Virus record (IMG/VR): IMGVR_UViG_3300021197_001752
Coordinates: 32,001-96,000 of that record
Length of the DNA: 64,000 nt
Reading direction: 5' to 3' (one strand)
From: a virus
In this document: positions 1 through 10,693 of the stretch, in pieces
Position numbering within the stretch: the stretch's first letter is position 1
Layout: each line of letters starts with the position of its first letter
The notes under the pieces: generated by a model
What the model saw: the letters and a program-made list of their open reading frames with translations, nothing else
The model's database searches: none
What the model was told of the DNA's origin: nothing
Made by a program: the position numbers and the translations under genes

Positions 1-1558
1 CATTGAATTTATAATATATCCCTAGTCCAGCGTTATTTATTGTCGTGTTTGAGCCGCCATTGACGCCCATATACCAGTTACGACCTATCTGTTCTGATGT
101 TCTTGGTTCTTTCCAGAATCTAAATTCATCTAAAGACGCTGATAGTTTACCGTCGCCTGCGGGTATTACCGCACCACCAGTAAAGTCAGTCACATCAACT
201 ACGTTAACAGTTCCTGCGCCATGGGCAACAGCACTGGTGATATTACCCGATACACCACCCTTGCTAATTGTTAGGGTAACTTTGGTGCCTGCGCTGCCTG
301 CTGATGCCGCAAGTCCTTGTACCCCTGTTCCTGAAGACCCATCGCCTGAACCGTTTCCATATGTAATTCTGCTATCTGTTTCGCCGTTGATTGCTTTTAT
401 GACAAGAGCCGCATTTGCAGCATCACTTGAGCCAGCGGTACCGATAGTTATATGGTTAGCGCCTGCGCTTGAGGGACTACCGCCTGATGATATATCAAAT
501 TTTATTGTAATCGCAGTGTTAGACCCGCCAGCGGCGAGTGGTATTGTCATGTTGAATTTAATCGAGGGATCACCAGCACCCTGATACCCTGCCATATCAA
601 TAGCATCTGTGGCAGTTGCCGAGGTGCCATAACCACTTGGCTGAATTGGTCCTGGTGAAGTTCTCAATGCGCCCAAGCGACCAATTAGACTTCCCGTTAC
701 TAAATTGATTGAAGATCCAGTTAGTATATTATTTTGCTTACAAGTTCCGTTTTCGTATAAATCAATGGAGGTAGAAGCACCGCTATTAGAAAACACAAAC
801 GCATAATGATCCCAAGAACCGCTGCCAAGTGTTAGTCCGCCAGCGGTCGGAATTGATGCCTTGAAGACACCACTAGATCCTGATTGATAAGATACATAAA
901 ATCTGTCAGCAGAGCCCGAGTCTGTTTCAATTGTTAGGCGACCATAATCATGAGAGCCACTAGCTACTCCATTCCAGACATCCAATACAACTTCTGTTGG
1001 CGAGGAGGTGGAGCTATCAAATTCTGTCTTATTATAATAAAATTCTACTGTTGATCCACTAACACCACCAAATTCAAGATTGTTTGATAGTCCAGAACCT
1101 GTAACAAAGAAAGTACCACTGTGTGGCCCACCTTTAAACTCAATGTGCTCAGCAGTTGTAGGGGTGGTATATCCCTGCTTAGATGCGCCGTCGGTGCCGT
1201 AAATCGCACCTATAGTGACATACCCAGTGGTCTTAGGGTACTCATTATCAAAGATATGTTGCTCAAATGGCGATAAATTATTATAGAAATCAAGCTTTTC
1301 TTTTGAGCTACCATCGTAAGGGTAATAATCTTTGATATATACAAACGTATCATAATAATAACGATAGGCTGAACCATACTTAACAAAGTTATTTGGGTCT
1401 GAAAAATCAATCTTAGGTACAAATGCCCTGGCTTTTGATAAAGCGGCTTCGATCTGTTCTGGTGATTCTATATTATCACCGAGCTTTTTCAGGGTTGATC
1501 GGGTTGTACCGCCAAGTGTTCCCGCTTTTTTTGCGTCAAATAACTTTTTTATGCTCAT
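1..1558 (-). CDS. Large virion protein with LamG/ConA-like domain (partial, runs off the window start)
   Basis: Absent from the ORF track because it has no stop in the window. Manual translation from ATG at 1558 gives MSIKKLFDAKK...STVEFYY...WDHYAFVF...IDLYENG...IGRLGALRT...KLSASLDEFRFWKEPRTSEQI...GIYYKFN, which matches LamG-type motifs. It follows baseplate genes. Confidence 0.75.
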   Translation of the reverse strand, partial: MSIKKLFDAKKAGTLGGTTRSTLKKLGDNIESPEQIEAALSKARAFVPKIDFSDPNNFVKYGSAYRYYYDTFVYIKDYYPYDGSSKEKLDFYNNLSPFEQHIFDNEYPKTTGYVTIGAIYGTDGASKQGYTTPTTAEHIEFKGGPHSGTFFVTGSGLSNNLEFGGVSGSTVEFYYNKTEFDSSTSSPTEVVLDVWNGVASGSHDYGRLTIETDSGSADRFYVSYQSGSSGVFKASIPTAGGLTLGSGSWDHYAFVFSNSGASTSIDLYENGTCKQNNILTGSSINLVTGSLIGRLGALRTSPGPIQPSGYGTSATATDAIDMAGYQGAGDPSIKFNMTIPLAAGGSNTAITIKFDISSGGSPSSAGANHITIGTAGSSDAANAALVIKAINGETDSRITYGNGSGDGSSGTGVQGLAASAGSAGTKVTLTISKGGVSGNITSAVAHGAGTVNVVDVTDFTGGAVIPAGDGKLSASLDEFRFWKEPRTSEQIGRNWYMGVNGGSNTTINNAGLGIYYKFN

Positions 1559-1560
1559 GT

Positions 1561-3042
1561 TTAGGGCTCTTCAACTCTGAATTTGAATATTTCTGCTTGC
1601 TCTTTGTACTGTCCTTGTAAGTAGTACGCAAGTTGTATTCCGTAAGAATATCCTGCTTCTAAAGGACTCATATCTAAGTCGAAGTAGTTACCACTAACAT
1701 CGTATGAAAGCCTGCTATATTTCATAGTTCCAGTGCCATAAGAAACTACTTCTATATTATCTTCTATACGAAATATTTTATAGTAAGCATCTTCGATCAC
1801 AGTATTTTCTACATCGACTGATGCTACTGTATAAATTGTTGGCTGCCATCTCTTGGGTCTAGCAAAGAGTCTTAACCTTGGTTTTTCCAACTTGTGATAT
1901 GTTGGCTTTAGGTTAGTCAATTTATTAAAATAGGGCTCTGTTCTGTCTTCAAGATTTGGTGCAAATGACTGCGGCTTGAAGGAGCCAGTAAAAAATTGGT
2001 TAGAGCCACTGAACCACACATCAAATAATGTTGCGTCGGAACTGGTGATCGCAAAAGAGGCGGTATAAATGCCAGTTGCACGGACACCATTTCTGATCTC
2101 ACGACCACACTCAATCTTTGTGGTGGCTGACCCAGTAGCGTCCGTTACAATAACTGGTGCCCCAGTAGGAATACCATCTGTTGACGTTGTGTAGAACGAT
2201 ACACTTAATGCATCATTCGTAAGACCGCTTATATTTGTTAGGTTTCCTCTAAATCTATTGTACAGGAATAATGTATTTAAATTATCCGCTGCGGACAAAA
2301 CAGAGCTACTAAGAAAGAAATTTCCTCTCTGATCTTTTGCTGAATCATCCCACTGTGCTTCCAACACAGGTCTTTTCAGAAAAAACTCTGTACTTCTTGC
2401 GTGGAATCTTTTAGTGAATAAACTGCCTAAGTTGCCGCTAATAGCGGAATCAATATTCTTAATCAAAAAGCCATAGTTGTTACGTGTGCCTGCAATCCAT
2501 TCCTCCACAGCGGGTGTTACATCTATTTCCATATCTTCGTCGCCGTTGGGGAATAATACAGAGCCTGAGAAGTTGTTGGTGGCCTGGGCGGTAAAATAAT
2601 CACTACCTGTTCCATTCCAGTTTGCAGTAGAAGTTCTTTTCACCCAACTGCACTGGTCTATATCTTTATACCCATCCATATCCATGCCACGACCCTCGTC
2701 CCAACTAGACGATACAACCCTAACATCCAACGTTAAATTATCAGGTAAGGTATCAGCGTGCTTGGCGTTCTTAACTTTTAATATAAAATTAACACTACCA
2801 GAAGCTGGGAGTACTCCGTTTGTTCTGTCTGTAGAAATACTATCTATATCGAACTGTAACAAAATTCTAGCTTCTTCGGCAGTTTGTGAGTTAATGCTAG
2901 CCGAAGTTTGCCCGTGTATGACAAATGATTCTAATATATCAGCCGCACCCATATTAGACCCTGTTGCTCTAGTCTTTAGGTCGGATTTGAATGCATTAGT
3001 GATTGTTGTATCTCTTGTCGCATCATATAATTTAATAGCCAT
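1561..3042 (-). CDS. Virion structural protein, DNRLRE/CBM96-like N-terminal domain
   Basis: DTTI...ARILLQFD...SWDEG...IDVTPAVEEWI...NYGFLIK...F.ARS...RPVLE pattern; located in the baseplate block. Confidence 0.6.
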   Translation of the reverse strand: MAIKLYDATRDTTITNAFKSDLKTRATGSNMGAADILESFVIHGQTSASINSQTAEEARILLQFDIDSISTDRTNGVLPASGSVNFILKVKNAKHADTLPDNLTLDVRVVSSSWDEGRGMDMDGYKDIDQCSWVKRTSTANWNGTGSDYFTAQATNNFSGSVLFPNGDEDMEIDVTPAVEEWIAGTRNNYGFLIKNIDSAISGNLGSLFTKRFHARSTEFFLKRPVLEAQWDDSAKDQRGNFFLSSSVLSAADNLNTLFLYNRFRGNLTNISGLTNDALSVSFYTTSTDGIPTGAPVIVTDATGSATTKIECGREIRNGVRATGIYTASFAITSSDATLFDVWFSGSNQFFTGSFKPQSFAPNLEDRTEPYFNKLTNLKPTYHKLEKPRLRLFARPKRWQPTIYTVASVDVENTVIEDAYYKIFRIEDNIEVVSYGTGTMKYSRLSYDVSGNYFDLDMSPLEAGYSYGIQLAYYLQGQYKEQAEIFKFRVEEP

Positions 3043-4829
3043 TATCGTGCAACTCCTTGTATGTCTTGGTCTGGATCTTTTATTTCAAAAACTACAGTTG
3101 ATGGTGCGTATAGAATTCTACCATCTGGGCTGGTATTTATTTCTATATCGAAAGGAAACTGGCTATAGCCAGCATCTGTTTTCGTGTTCACACTCACCGA
3201 TATTGTATCCACTACCCCAGGTACACTGTTGAGAGTCTTATACAGATCCGTTATGTAGAAAGGTTCTCCAATATTCTTTTTGATTACCATATCATTTTTT
3301 AGACGATTTATACACTCATTAATTACATCAAACCTGTTTGATTCTAGATCAGTAACAACTTCAAAGTCTATTTCTAAGTTAACTATCTTACCAGGTAAAA
3401 TGTCTATTGTGTCATTGATCATCTTATATTGATTTAACCACAGCTTCAAATTGTGTAAAAGCGATGTTGGCGGATTTATAAAGTTTCCATCTTGGTCTTC
3501 TGAGATGACGTAAAGATTAAGATTTCTCTTGAATGAGTCTCTATCCTGTGCTATAGCTGCTCTTTTAATAGACCCATAACTTCCTGGCATCCTATAACAT
3601 AATGCAATATAATCCTGTTTGGTTACTGCTCTGTTTTGTGATGCATAAGAGTCAAAAGCTCTCATCCTTATTTCTTCTTGGGTGGGTGCCGAAACGTCGC
3701 CGATTATTGGTTCTTCATTCGTACTTTCAATTGAAGATTCAATAAAGTCAGTGACTGTAGAGTCTAAGGCAGATAATGATTTATATACCAAATTGACAGC
3801 CGAAGGTGAGTTTACTGTATTTACGCCAGCATTTGCTGTCTCTGTACTGTTGGACCTATAAATTACTGTTAAGATCGTATCTGTTGGCACTACACCAAAC
3901 TTATCGTTCTTTATAAGGTTACTAGGGTCGAAACTATCATCAGTTACATAATTTCTACCATGTACATCTAATACTACATCGGCAGGGTCTGCGATTAAGT
4001 CACCAGTTAGATTACCCTCTGATCCAAAACCAAATTGTAAAAATACTTCACCATCAATGAACTCACTCATGAACCTTCTGGGTACAGGCCTTATTCTTAG
4101 GTTATAAGGTACCACACTCTTATCAGAAGCATTATTAACAATTTGTTCATATATTACATTTTGTGATAGATATGGCACCTGGTAATATTCATTACCCTCT
4201 GAGTCTCTTATTGAAATAACTTCACTGATGTTTAGACCATCCATTTTGAGGCGAAGAAATTTAGTGAACGTTCCTACGGCAAATGTTTCTTGGTTCAATT
4301 CACCTGATATGACTTTCCCTTTGGACTTTATTGCGTAATAAGTGGGATCACCAGTAGCCTCATTGACACGACCAACCACCACCTCGTTTGAGGGATCAGA
4401 AAAATCTATGTCTTCTTGTAAAGTAAAGATACCAGAGGCTTCGGAATTGAAGGTGGTGCCCTTCTTCATAATCGGAATATAATCTATGTTTGGACCTCTA
4501 GTTGTAGTTGAGGCTGGTACTAACACATACACAGTTATGATACCCTCTGTTGCAACAGTTCCAGTCTGCTTATAACCCATCTGGCGGGCTAATCTAGTGA
4601 TATTATCTGTTTCTATTGCACTATCAAGAAAACTCTCATTTGCCTGATAATCAACATAAAAAGATAAGTTGTCTCCGATATAGGATACTGCATCTAACAT
4701 CAAAGAGCCGAACGATGCTTCGTTAAAGTCCTTAAATGTGTCGGGATAATAACGCTTTGCATGATCTATTAATGATTGCTTGATGCTCTCAAAATCACGG
4801 CTAACATAATTTACTGGTCTTTTAGCCAT
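3042..4829 (-). CDS. Baseplate wedge subunit (T4 gp6 / baseplate J-like)
   Basis: NYVSRDFESIKQSL...DFNEASFG...LSFYVDYQANESFL...LARQMGY and QNRAVTKQDY motifs. Confidence 0.9.
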   Translation of the reverse strand: MAKRPVNYVSRDFESIKQSLIDHAKRYYPDTFKDFNEASFGSLMLDAVSYIGDNLSFYVDYQANESFLDSAIETDNITRLARQMGYKQTGTVATEGIITVYVLVPASTTTRGPNIDYIPIMKKGTTFNSEASGIFTLQEDIDFSDPSNEVVVGRVNEATGDPTYYAIKSKGKVISGELNQETFAVGTFTKFLRLKMDGLNISEVISIRDSEGNEYYQVPYLSQNVIYEQIVNNASDKSVVPYNLRIRPVPRRFMSEFIDGEVFLQFGFGSEGNLTGDLIADPADVVLDVHGRNYVTDDSFDPSNLIKNDKFGVVPTDTILTVIYRSNSTETANAGVNTVNSPSAVNLVYKSLSALDSTVTDFIESSIESTNEEPIIGDVSAPTQEEIRMRAFDSYASQNRAVTKQDYIALCYRMPGSYGSIKRAAIAQDRDSFKRNLNLYVISEDQDGNFINPPTSLLHNLKLWLNQYKMINDTIDILPGKIVNLEIDFEVVTDLESNRFDVINECINRLKNDMVIKKNIGEPFYITDLYKTLNSVPGVVDTISVSVNTKTDAGYSQFPFDIEINTSPDGRILYAPSTVVFEIKDPDQDIQGVAR

Positions 4830-4856
4830 AAATAATAAACTCCTACTAAAATATAT

Positions 4857-5255
4857 TTAGTTTATTGATTCAAATATAGTAAGTGTATCCGACTCATTTA
4901 TAGGCGTAATTTCATATCTTATTCGTATTTGTAGCTGGTTTAGTGCTACTTCCTGACTTTCTGTCGAAGATATAAACTCAATTTCTGTAAGCTCTATGAA
5001 TGGTAGATACGTCGCAACCTGTTTGTTTATTTCGGCTCTTATCTGTTCTAATAGCGAAGGTGTGAAATTGCTAAATAAGAAAGATCTAAGACCGACGCCA
5101 AAGTCAGGTAGCATTACACGTTCGCCCTTGCTAGTCAAAAGGATGTTCTTGAAATTTTGCTGAATAGAATCTCTTATGGTTTTATTGAGACCATATGGTC
5201 CATCCTCTTTTGTATAGGCTAAAGGCAATGCTACTGAAATACCTACTCTTGACAA
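4857..5255 (-). CDS. Baseplate protein gp25/GPW-like
   Basis: IQQNFKNILLTSKGERVMLPDFGVGLRSFLF signature. Confidence 0.92.
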   Translation of the reverse strand: MSRVGISVALPLAYTKEDGPYGLNKTIRDSIQQNFKNILLTSKGERVMLPDFGVGLRSFLFSNFTPSLLEQIRAEINKQVATYLPFIELTEIEFISSTESQEVALNQLQIRIRYEITPINESDTLTIFESIN

Positions 5256-5266
5256 GACTTACTCTC

Positions 5267-8200
5267 CTAGATCAGTGGATCAAAAAACTTTCTAAGTAAC
5301 ATATCTGCGTCTATCGAGGGTTTTACAAATGTAGTGCCCAGTAGACCAGTTGTGTTACAAGAGGTGTCTAAGTAAATAGTTGATACCGCCAGAAGCGGCT
5401 CAACTGGATATAAGTATCTGGAGATATCGTCACGTACCATATTATGATTGCCAGCCTGACCCACTATGGAATCCTTTTGTACCCCAATAGGACCTCGGTC
5501 AGTTACTCGCTCCGTCAGATCAATTGATTCAAATAAAATTTTGTTAGGCTCGTCAGGATCGTCTATAAAAATACCGTCCAAAAATACTGATACAACATCG
5601 GCTATTTCAAAGTCGTCCTCTGCCAATACCTTTTCATATAGGTCCAAAACACCTTGATCCTCTAATGCAAAAGTTATTTTCCTTGTAAGGTAGTTTTCTA
5701 TAACCTCCCTAAAGATACGATCATTGTATTGCCCTTCTCCCTTGGATGCGAATCTAATTCTTTGCCCACTTGGTGAATTAAACAAAGGCCATATTGCACA
5801 CAAGAATGACATCAGTCGTGCGCCTATACCAACAGTGGCAGTTGTTCTTTTTATTTTTTTCTCAAAGTTTGGTCCTGCATTGACTAAAGTAGCTTCTTCC
5901 TGTAAGTCGGCATAAAGCTTCTCGTATGCCTTCCCTGCATTGAATATCCCAGACTCAAAATAATCTTGTCTTGGGTTTTTCTTGAGATTGATATCATCTT
6001 TTCTAAAATAAGCATTGAATATTTCCATGTCATTACCACGATCAATTACCAGATTCTCCATTAAAGGATAGGGGTACTTGCCTGTTTCGTGTGACTCGGG
6101 CGCTCTTAGATATGCTGCTTCACCGTCTTCTTCGCTGCCGACTATATGTGCCTGTTCTATTTGATCAACCGAGATACCAAATCCGTATATATCTTCTTGA
6201 TGCTCGCTCAGATATTCACTCAGCAAAGTCGCCACCTCGGTCCTCTGGAGTGATCTTGGGAGTCGATGATGGTTTGGAATATCATATTTCCTATCGGGTT
6301 GTGTTTGTAAAAATACTAAAACATTCCTGTCTTGTTCCATTTCCTCCTTAAGATTCTCTAAGAACTGACCCTCCTCGTCAAGATAAGTTTCACGGCGGTT
6401 GGCTTGAGGATCAGGTTTTATATCATGAACTATAATTGTTACTATATTATTTGGTATTTCCTGCAATTCATCTCTTTGTTCTACATGGGCATATTTATCA
6501 GCCAATTCACCTGGTAGGGTTGGACCTCGGTCTGTTGGTTCTGTGGGTGCCGACACTACTATTCTAAGATTACCAACACGGTACTCGTCATGCTGTACAT
6601 TATAGCTAACTGCTACACGCTCTGCATTTAAACCACCTGATCCTCTCAAGACTAAATTACGATCGTCTGACACACGGACTAATTGTTCTGATCCATATGT
6701 TTGATCGTCAACGCCTGGAATAAAACCAATATCAAAGCCGCCATATTTGGGAGGTGTGCGACCGAGGATAAATGATTTAGCATCTGATGTGATAAATGCT
6801 TGCGTTCCCGCCGCTATTGCAGAAGAAGCATTAGCCTGAAGAGAGGAAATGGCATCAGGTGCTTTTATGTTGTTGAGAGCATTTATCAAAGCATTGTTGG
6901 CTAGGTTTTCAAAATCACACATTGATTTTATTTTATCTGCTGCTCTCCTTATCTCTTCATCAGCTTGATTTTTAATTTGTTTATCTGTAAGACCTTTATC
7001 TCTCAATAGATCTAAAGCTTTACTTGCTGCCCTAACATAGTCTGCCTTATTGCAGTAGTCAACATAAAATTCCTCTGGCACTATGCCCTTCTTTATTTCA
7101 TCTGATACATTGTCACCGATTTTGTCAAATAGTAAATCTATCTGATCTTCTAATAAGAGTCCAGCAAATTGCTCACGCACCAACTGCATTATCAACGGTC
7201 CTGCATTTCCAGACAATAGAGCTAGCATCTCCATGGAGTTTAGACAGTCCGATACTTTCTCAAAGATTTCTTGAAGTTGCTCTAGAGGGAGTTCTATCCC
7301 AAGCTCATCAACAAGTTTGTTGAGATCTATATCTCCGATTAGATCACCAAGGCGAGATTTACCATACTCTAATAGTTGTGCAGGATTTTTTATATCTCCT
7401 AATTTAGCAATACTATCATCAAGAAGTGGAATATTTTCACAGTCTAAATATTTTTCAAGTGCTTCTTGAACTAAAGCTACCAAAACTTCTCTTAGAGCTT
7501 CTTTGAGTATTTCAGATACTATTTTTAGTATAAATGATAAAAGACCCTCAATAGGTATGAAAGGTATGCTTATTCCAAATAGATTGCGAATTTTGTCTTC
7601 TATTAGCTGATCAAGTGGTAAATTGTTCAAGTCTCGACCAAGGAGTTGGTTCTTCAGTGAATCACCGATTTGGTCTAAGGCACAAGCCAGGTCGTTTTGT
7701 AAAAAGTCCTCAAATTCAGAAGATGGAGCGCAAACAAGTTTTGATGCTCTTGTAGAAAGAGTAGCATCAAGACCCTCCCCCTGGTCACCAGCGCCTGCAA
7801 AGGCCCCTGGTGTATAACCTTCTGCTAGATCTTTCATAGCGAACAACTTTTGTAAGTCCTGTAGGAGCGAATCTCGCAGAGCAGCAAATAATTCATCTAA
7901 TGATATCTGATCTAATACTAAGTCAAATAGGTCAGATAGCTCCTTGATCTGGTCTAAGAGTTGTGGTAGATTACCACAGTTCATGACTGCATCTTCTACT
8001 AGCGGTTCTAGAGACTTTGCTTTTCTTTCTATTTTTTGTTTTTTCTCAATAAAAGATTGTATATTGATAGCTTCGGATTCTTTTTGAGCCGCTGAAACCG
8101 TTCTAATCTGTGCCCCAGGTTTGGTGGCTGATTGGTCTGTATATGCCACCTGAGAGTCTGCTACAATATCATCTGATTCTATTTCTGTTCCTGTACTTGT

Positions 8201-10684
8201 CAGGCTCTGAGATGCTATTTGATCGTCACCATCATCAGTAAGTTTATTTTTGTTATTAACTTTAGTTGGATTGATAGTTGGTGCTGGGTAAGTGTATAGG
8301 CGGACAAAATCTACCCATGGCGTGAGCTTTCGATCGCTAGCATTTGGTGGGTTGTTTTTTACTATTTCCTCTGCAAAAAACACATATCCAAATTCAGTTT
8401 GTTTATAGATCCTAAAATAGTTTTTGTCGCTCTCTAGCTGCGATGGAAACTGTCCCTCTGGTTGATCTTGTATGGAATCTATTTCTAAAGTAGTGGCTAT
8501 TTCGTTATCTATTGTTGCCCTCTTGAAGCCGCTGAAGTACATCCTAGATTTATATATAATGTGCAACATTTGATAATCATTGGTAAGCCCTATTTCTATT
8601 TGATCGTTTGCATCTGGGTATACACCATTGTATGCTAGGGCTGATCTTATCTTACTGGTGAACTTAGATAGAGCCGAAGATTGCCTATATAAATTGACTC
8701 CTATATCAGCCGATCCCAATCCCTGTCCAGCAACAATGCGTGCATATTTTCTAACAATGTGCGAAGCTGTCTCGAATAAAGGGTCCATCTTTTCTAAAGT
8801 AAAAGATATATTTTTTTCTGACCTTTTTTGGCTGGCTAATATAGCTCTCTGGAGGGTTAGTTCATCTAGATCAGTTTTGATATTGCCAGATGCTGCTGAC
8901 TTGTCAAATTCTGTTTTCTTTATTATCAAGGCTATAAGTGGTGCTGAATTTGGTCTTGGGTCAAAGTGAGTCTTCATCTCATGACTCAGAGTGCTAGGCA
9001 TATCAGTTATCGGCTTGTTTAGGTGGTTGCACAAAGCACGATACATCAATTCTTTTAACTCAGGTTCTTCGGCTCGATAGTCTAAGCTGTCCTCAACATC
9101 TGCTGGGGCTTTCATCACTACAAAATAAGAGCCTTCGTCCTTGGCTAGGGCAACTGACTCTGGGTATCTGGGATTATAATAAGAATTGGGGACGCCTCTA
9201 TCAGAGTTAACATTGGTTGTCCAGTCATCATAGTTAAATGCATCTTCTGCTCTATTGTTGGAAGTTATAGCATTGGCATCCGCTTCTTGCTTCTGTTCAG
9301 TAGGTGTTACGTTTTGAACTTTTTCTAGTTTTTGTATATAAACAGTCGGCTCGTCGTCCAAGCGTGGGCCTGGAACTTTCTTTATTTCGTACGCAAATTT
9401 CTCTCTACTAGGATCGGTGGCGGTATCGTAAAAATCTTTTGTGTATTCGTTTACATTTGACCATTTTCTATCGTTTTCATCATCTAATAATCCATCATCG
9501 CCTGCGGCTTGCATAATTCTATTCAGGTGGCTATTAGATATACTACCAACTAAGGATGTTTCTCCCACACTTGGATCTGCGGGTGCGGGTTTCGCATTAG
9601 GCAATTGTGATACCCAAACCGCTCCTTCTGCCAATATTTTTGCATATAATATCTGCCTACCAAGTGGCTTTGTTTGATCCATTTGGAGTGATGCGTTTCT
9701 GGTTGTTGTACCAGACTTAAGCTCCGCTTCCTTTCGCTTTGCTTGAGTTTCTTGCGCTGATAAAGATGCGGTTGTGCTGTCTAGCTCTTTTTGTTCTGCT
9801 TTAGTAGGGATAGTTTGGGCAGTCAAAGGTATAACTGGTTTTCTTGTAGATGCAGTTGCAGTTTGTGTATACATGCCTCTGCCAACCATTATCTCTCTTG
9901 CTAACCTAGTGCCTGGCTCATCTTCTGTAGAAGTCTTTTCCAGGTATAAGAACTTGTATTTTGTTTCTCTAAATAAGAAACCTCTAGTTTCTACTGTGAA
10001 TCCTGCTATCACGTGAGGGTGCAGAGTAGCAAAGTAGATTGCATCCAATAAAGTAAATTCAATCTTGACTGGTGGGAAGGCACGGTTGAACGGTACCCTA
10101 TTAGCTCCTCTTGTTTCCACCGTAAATGGAAATGACATTGGTGCTAGCTTAGTGGCTTGTTGTTTCATAAGTTTATATTTAAACTTAAGTTTTGATGTTT
10201 CCGATATCCGAACTGCATCCTCGGGCGTGGTTGGATTATTTATATCTTCGCTTGGGGGATTATAACGATATCTCAATCCTGCCCTGTATGTATTGAACCA
10301 TGTGCCTTGACTTGTTATGGCAAGATCGATTAATCGTTCTTCTGGATAGCCTCCGTGAAATGCATCCTCGCTTGTAAATATAGTAATATCTGGATTTGGA
10401 TCAATAATAGACCTTTCCTCAACAGATAAGGGGTCTGCGGAGATTTTTCCTTCATATCCAAGATCTTCTTGTGCTGCTTGTGCTGGTACTTCTTCTTGAG
10501 GTATCCTGCCTGTGGCTCTATGAGTTTGTCCATTGGCGTCTACCATGACCACCGTTGCCTGGTTATCACGAACACTTACATTTATTTGACTTATACCATT
10601 TTGCCTAAAATAGGCAAGCTCGGCGTCTGGTGTATCAGGCTGATCTCTGTATAAACTGTATAACTGCTCAAAACTGTGTGACAT
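5267..10684 (-). CDS. 1805-aa hypothetical protein, probably virion-associated
   Basis: Long ORF between the spike-like and gp25 genes; Leu-rich helical middle; no recognisable catalytic motif. Confidence 0.6.
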   Translation of the reverse strand: MSHSFEQLYSLYRDQPDTPDAELAYFRQNGISQINVSVRDNQATVVMVDANGQTHRATGRIPQEEVPAQAAQEDLGYEGKISADPLSVEERSIIDPNPDITIFTSEDAFHGGYPEERLIDLAITSQGTWFNTYRAGLRYRYNPPSEDINNPTTPEDAVRISETSKLKFKYKLMKQQATKLAPMSFPFTVETRGANRVPFNRAFPPVKIEFTLLDAIYFATLHPHVIAGFTVETRGFLFRETKYKFLYLEKTSTEDEPGTRLAREIMVGRGMYTQTATASTRKPVIPLTAQTIPTKAEQKELDSTTASLSAQETQAKRKEAELKSGTTTRNASLQMDQTKPLGRQILYAKILAEGAVWVSQLPNAKPAPADPSVGETSLVGSISNSHLNRIMQAAGDDGLLDDENDRKWSNVNEYTKDFYDTATDPSREKFAYEIKKVPGPRLDDEPTVYIQKLEKVQNVTPTEQKQEADANAITSNNRAEDAFNYDDWTTNVNSDRGVPNSYYNPRYPESVALAKDEGSYFVVMKAPADVEDSLDYRAEEPELKELMYRALCNHLNKPITDMPSTLSHEMKTHFDPRPNSAPLIALIIKKTEFDKSAASGNIKTDLDELTLQRAILASQKRSEKNISFTLEKMDPLFETASHIVRKYARIVAGQGLGSADIGVNLYRQSSALSKFTSKIRSALAYNGVYPDANDQIEIGLTNDYQMLHIIYKSRMYFSGFKRATIDNEIATTLEIDSIQDQPEGQFPSQLESDKNYFRIYKQTEFGYVFFAEEIVKNNPPNASDRKLTPWVDFVRLYTYPAPTINPTKVNNKNKLTDDGDDQIASQSLTSTGTEIESDDIVADSQVAYTDQSATKPGAQIRTVSAAQKESEAINIQSFIEKKQKIERKAKSLEPLVEDAVMNCGNLPQLLDQIKELSDLFDLVLDQISLDELFAALRDSLLQDLQKLFAMKDLAEGYTPGAFAGAGDQGEGLDATLSTRASKLVCAPSSEFEDFLQNDLACALDQIGDSLKNQLLGRDLNNLPLDQLIEDKIRNLFGISIPFIPIEGLLSFILKIVSEILKEALREVLVALVQEALEKYLDCENIPLLDDSIAKLGDIKNPAQLLEYGKSRLGDLIGDIDLNKLVDELGIELPLEQLQEIFEKVSDCLNSMEMLALLSGNAGPLIMQLVREQFAGLLLEDQIDLLFDKIGDNVSDEIKKGIVPEEFYVDYCNKADYVRAASKALDLLRDKGLTDKQIKNQADEEIRRAADKIKSMCDFENLANNALINALNNIKAPDAISSLQANASSAIAAGTQAFITSDAKSFILGRTPPKYGGFDIGFIPGVDDQTYGSEQLVRVSDDRNLVLRGSGGLNAERVAVSYNVQHDEYRVGNLRIVVSAPTEPTDRGPTLPGELADKYAHVEQRDELQEIPNNIVTIIVHDIKPDPQANRRETYLDEEGQFLENLKEEMEQDRNVLVFLQTQPDRKYDIPNHHRLPRSLQRTEVATLLSEYLSEHQEDIYGFGISVDQIEQAHIVGSEEDGEAAYLRAPESHETGKYPYPLMENLVIDRGNDMEIFNAYFRKDDINLKKNPRQDYFESGIFNAGKAYEKLYADLQEEATLVNAGPNFEKKIKRTTATVGIGARLMSFLCAIWPLFNSPSGQRIRFASKGEGQYNDRIFREVIENYLTRKITFALEDQGVLDLYEKVLAEDDFEIADVVSVFLDGIFIDDPDEPNKILFESIDLTERVTDRGPIGVQKDSIVGQAGNHNMVRDDISRYLYPVEPLLAVSTIYLDTSCNTTGLLGTTFVKPSIDADMLLRKFFDPLI

Positions 10685-10693
10685 CTATATTTC

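Noticed and set aside
165-640. Intein in the LamG-like protein
   Set aside because: No N-terminal C/S block, C-terminal HN motif or LAGLIDADG motifs.
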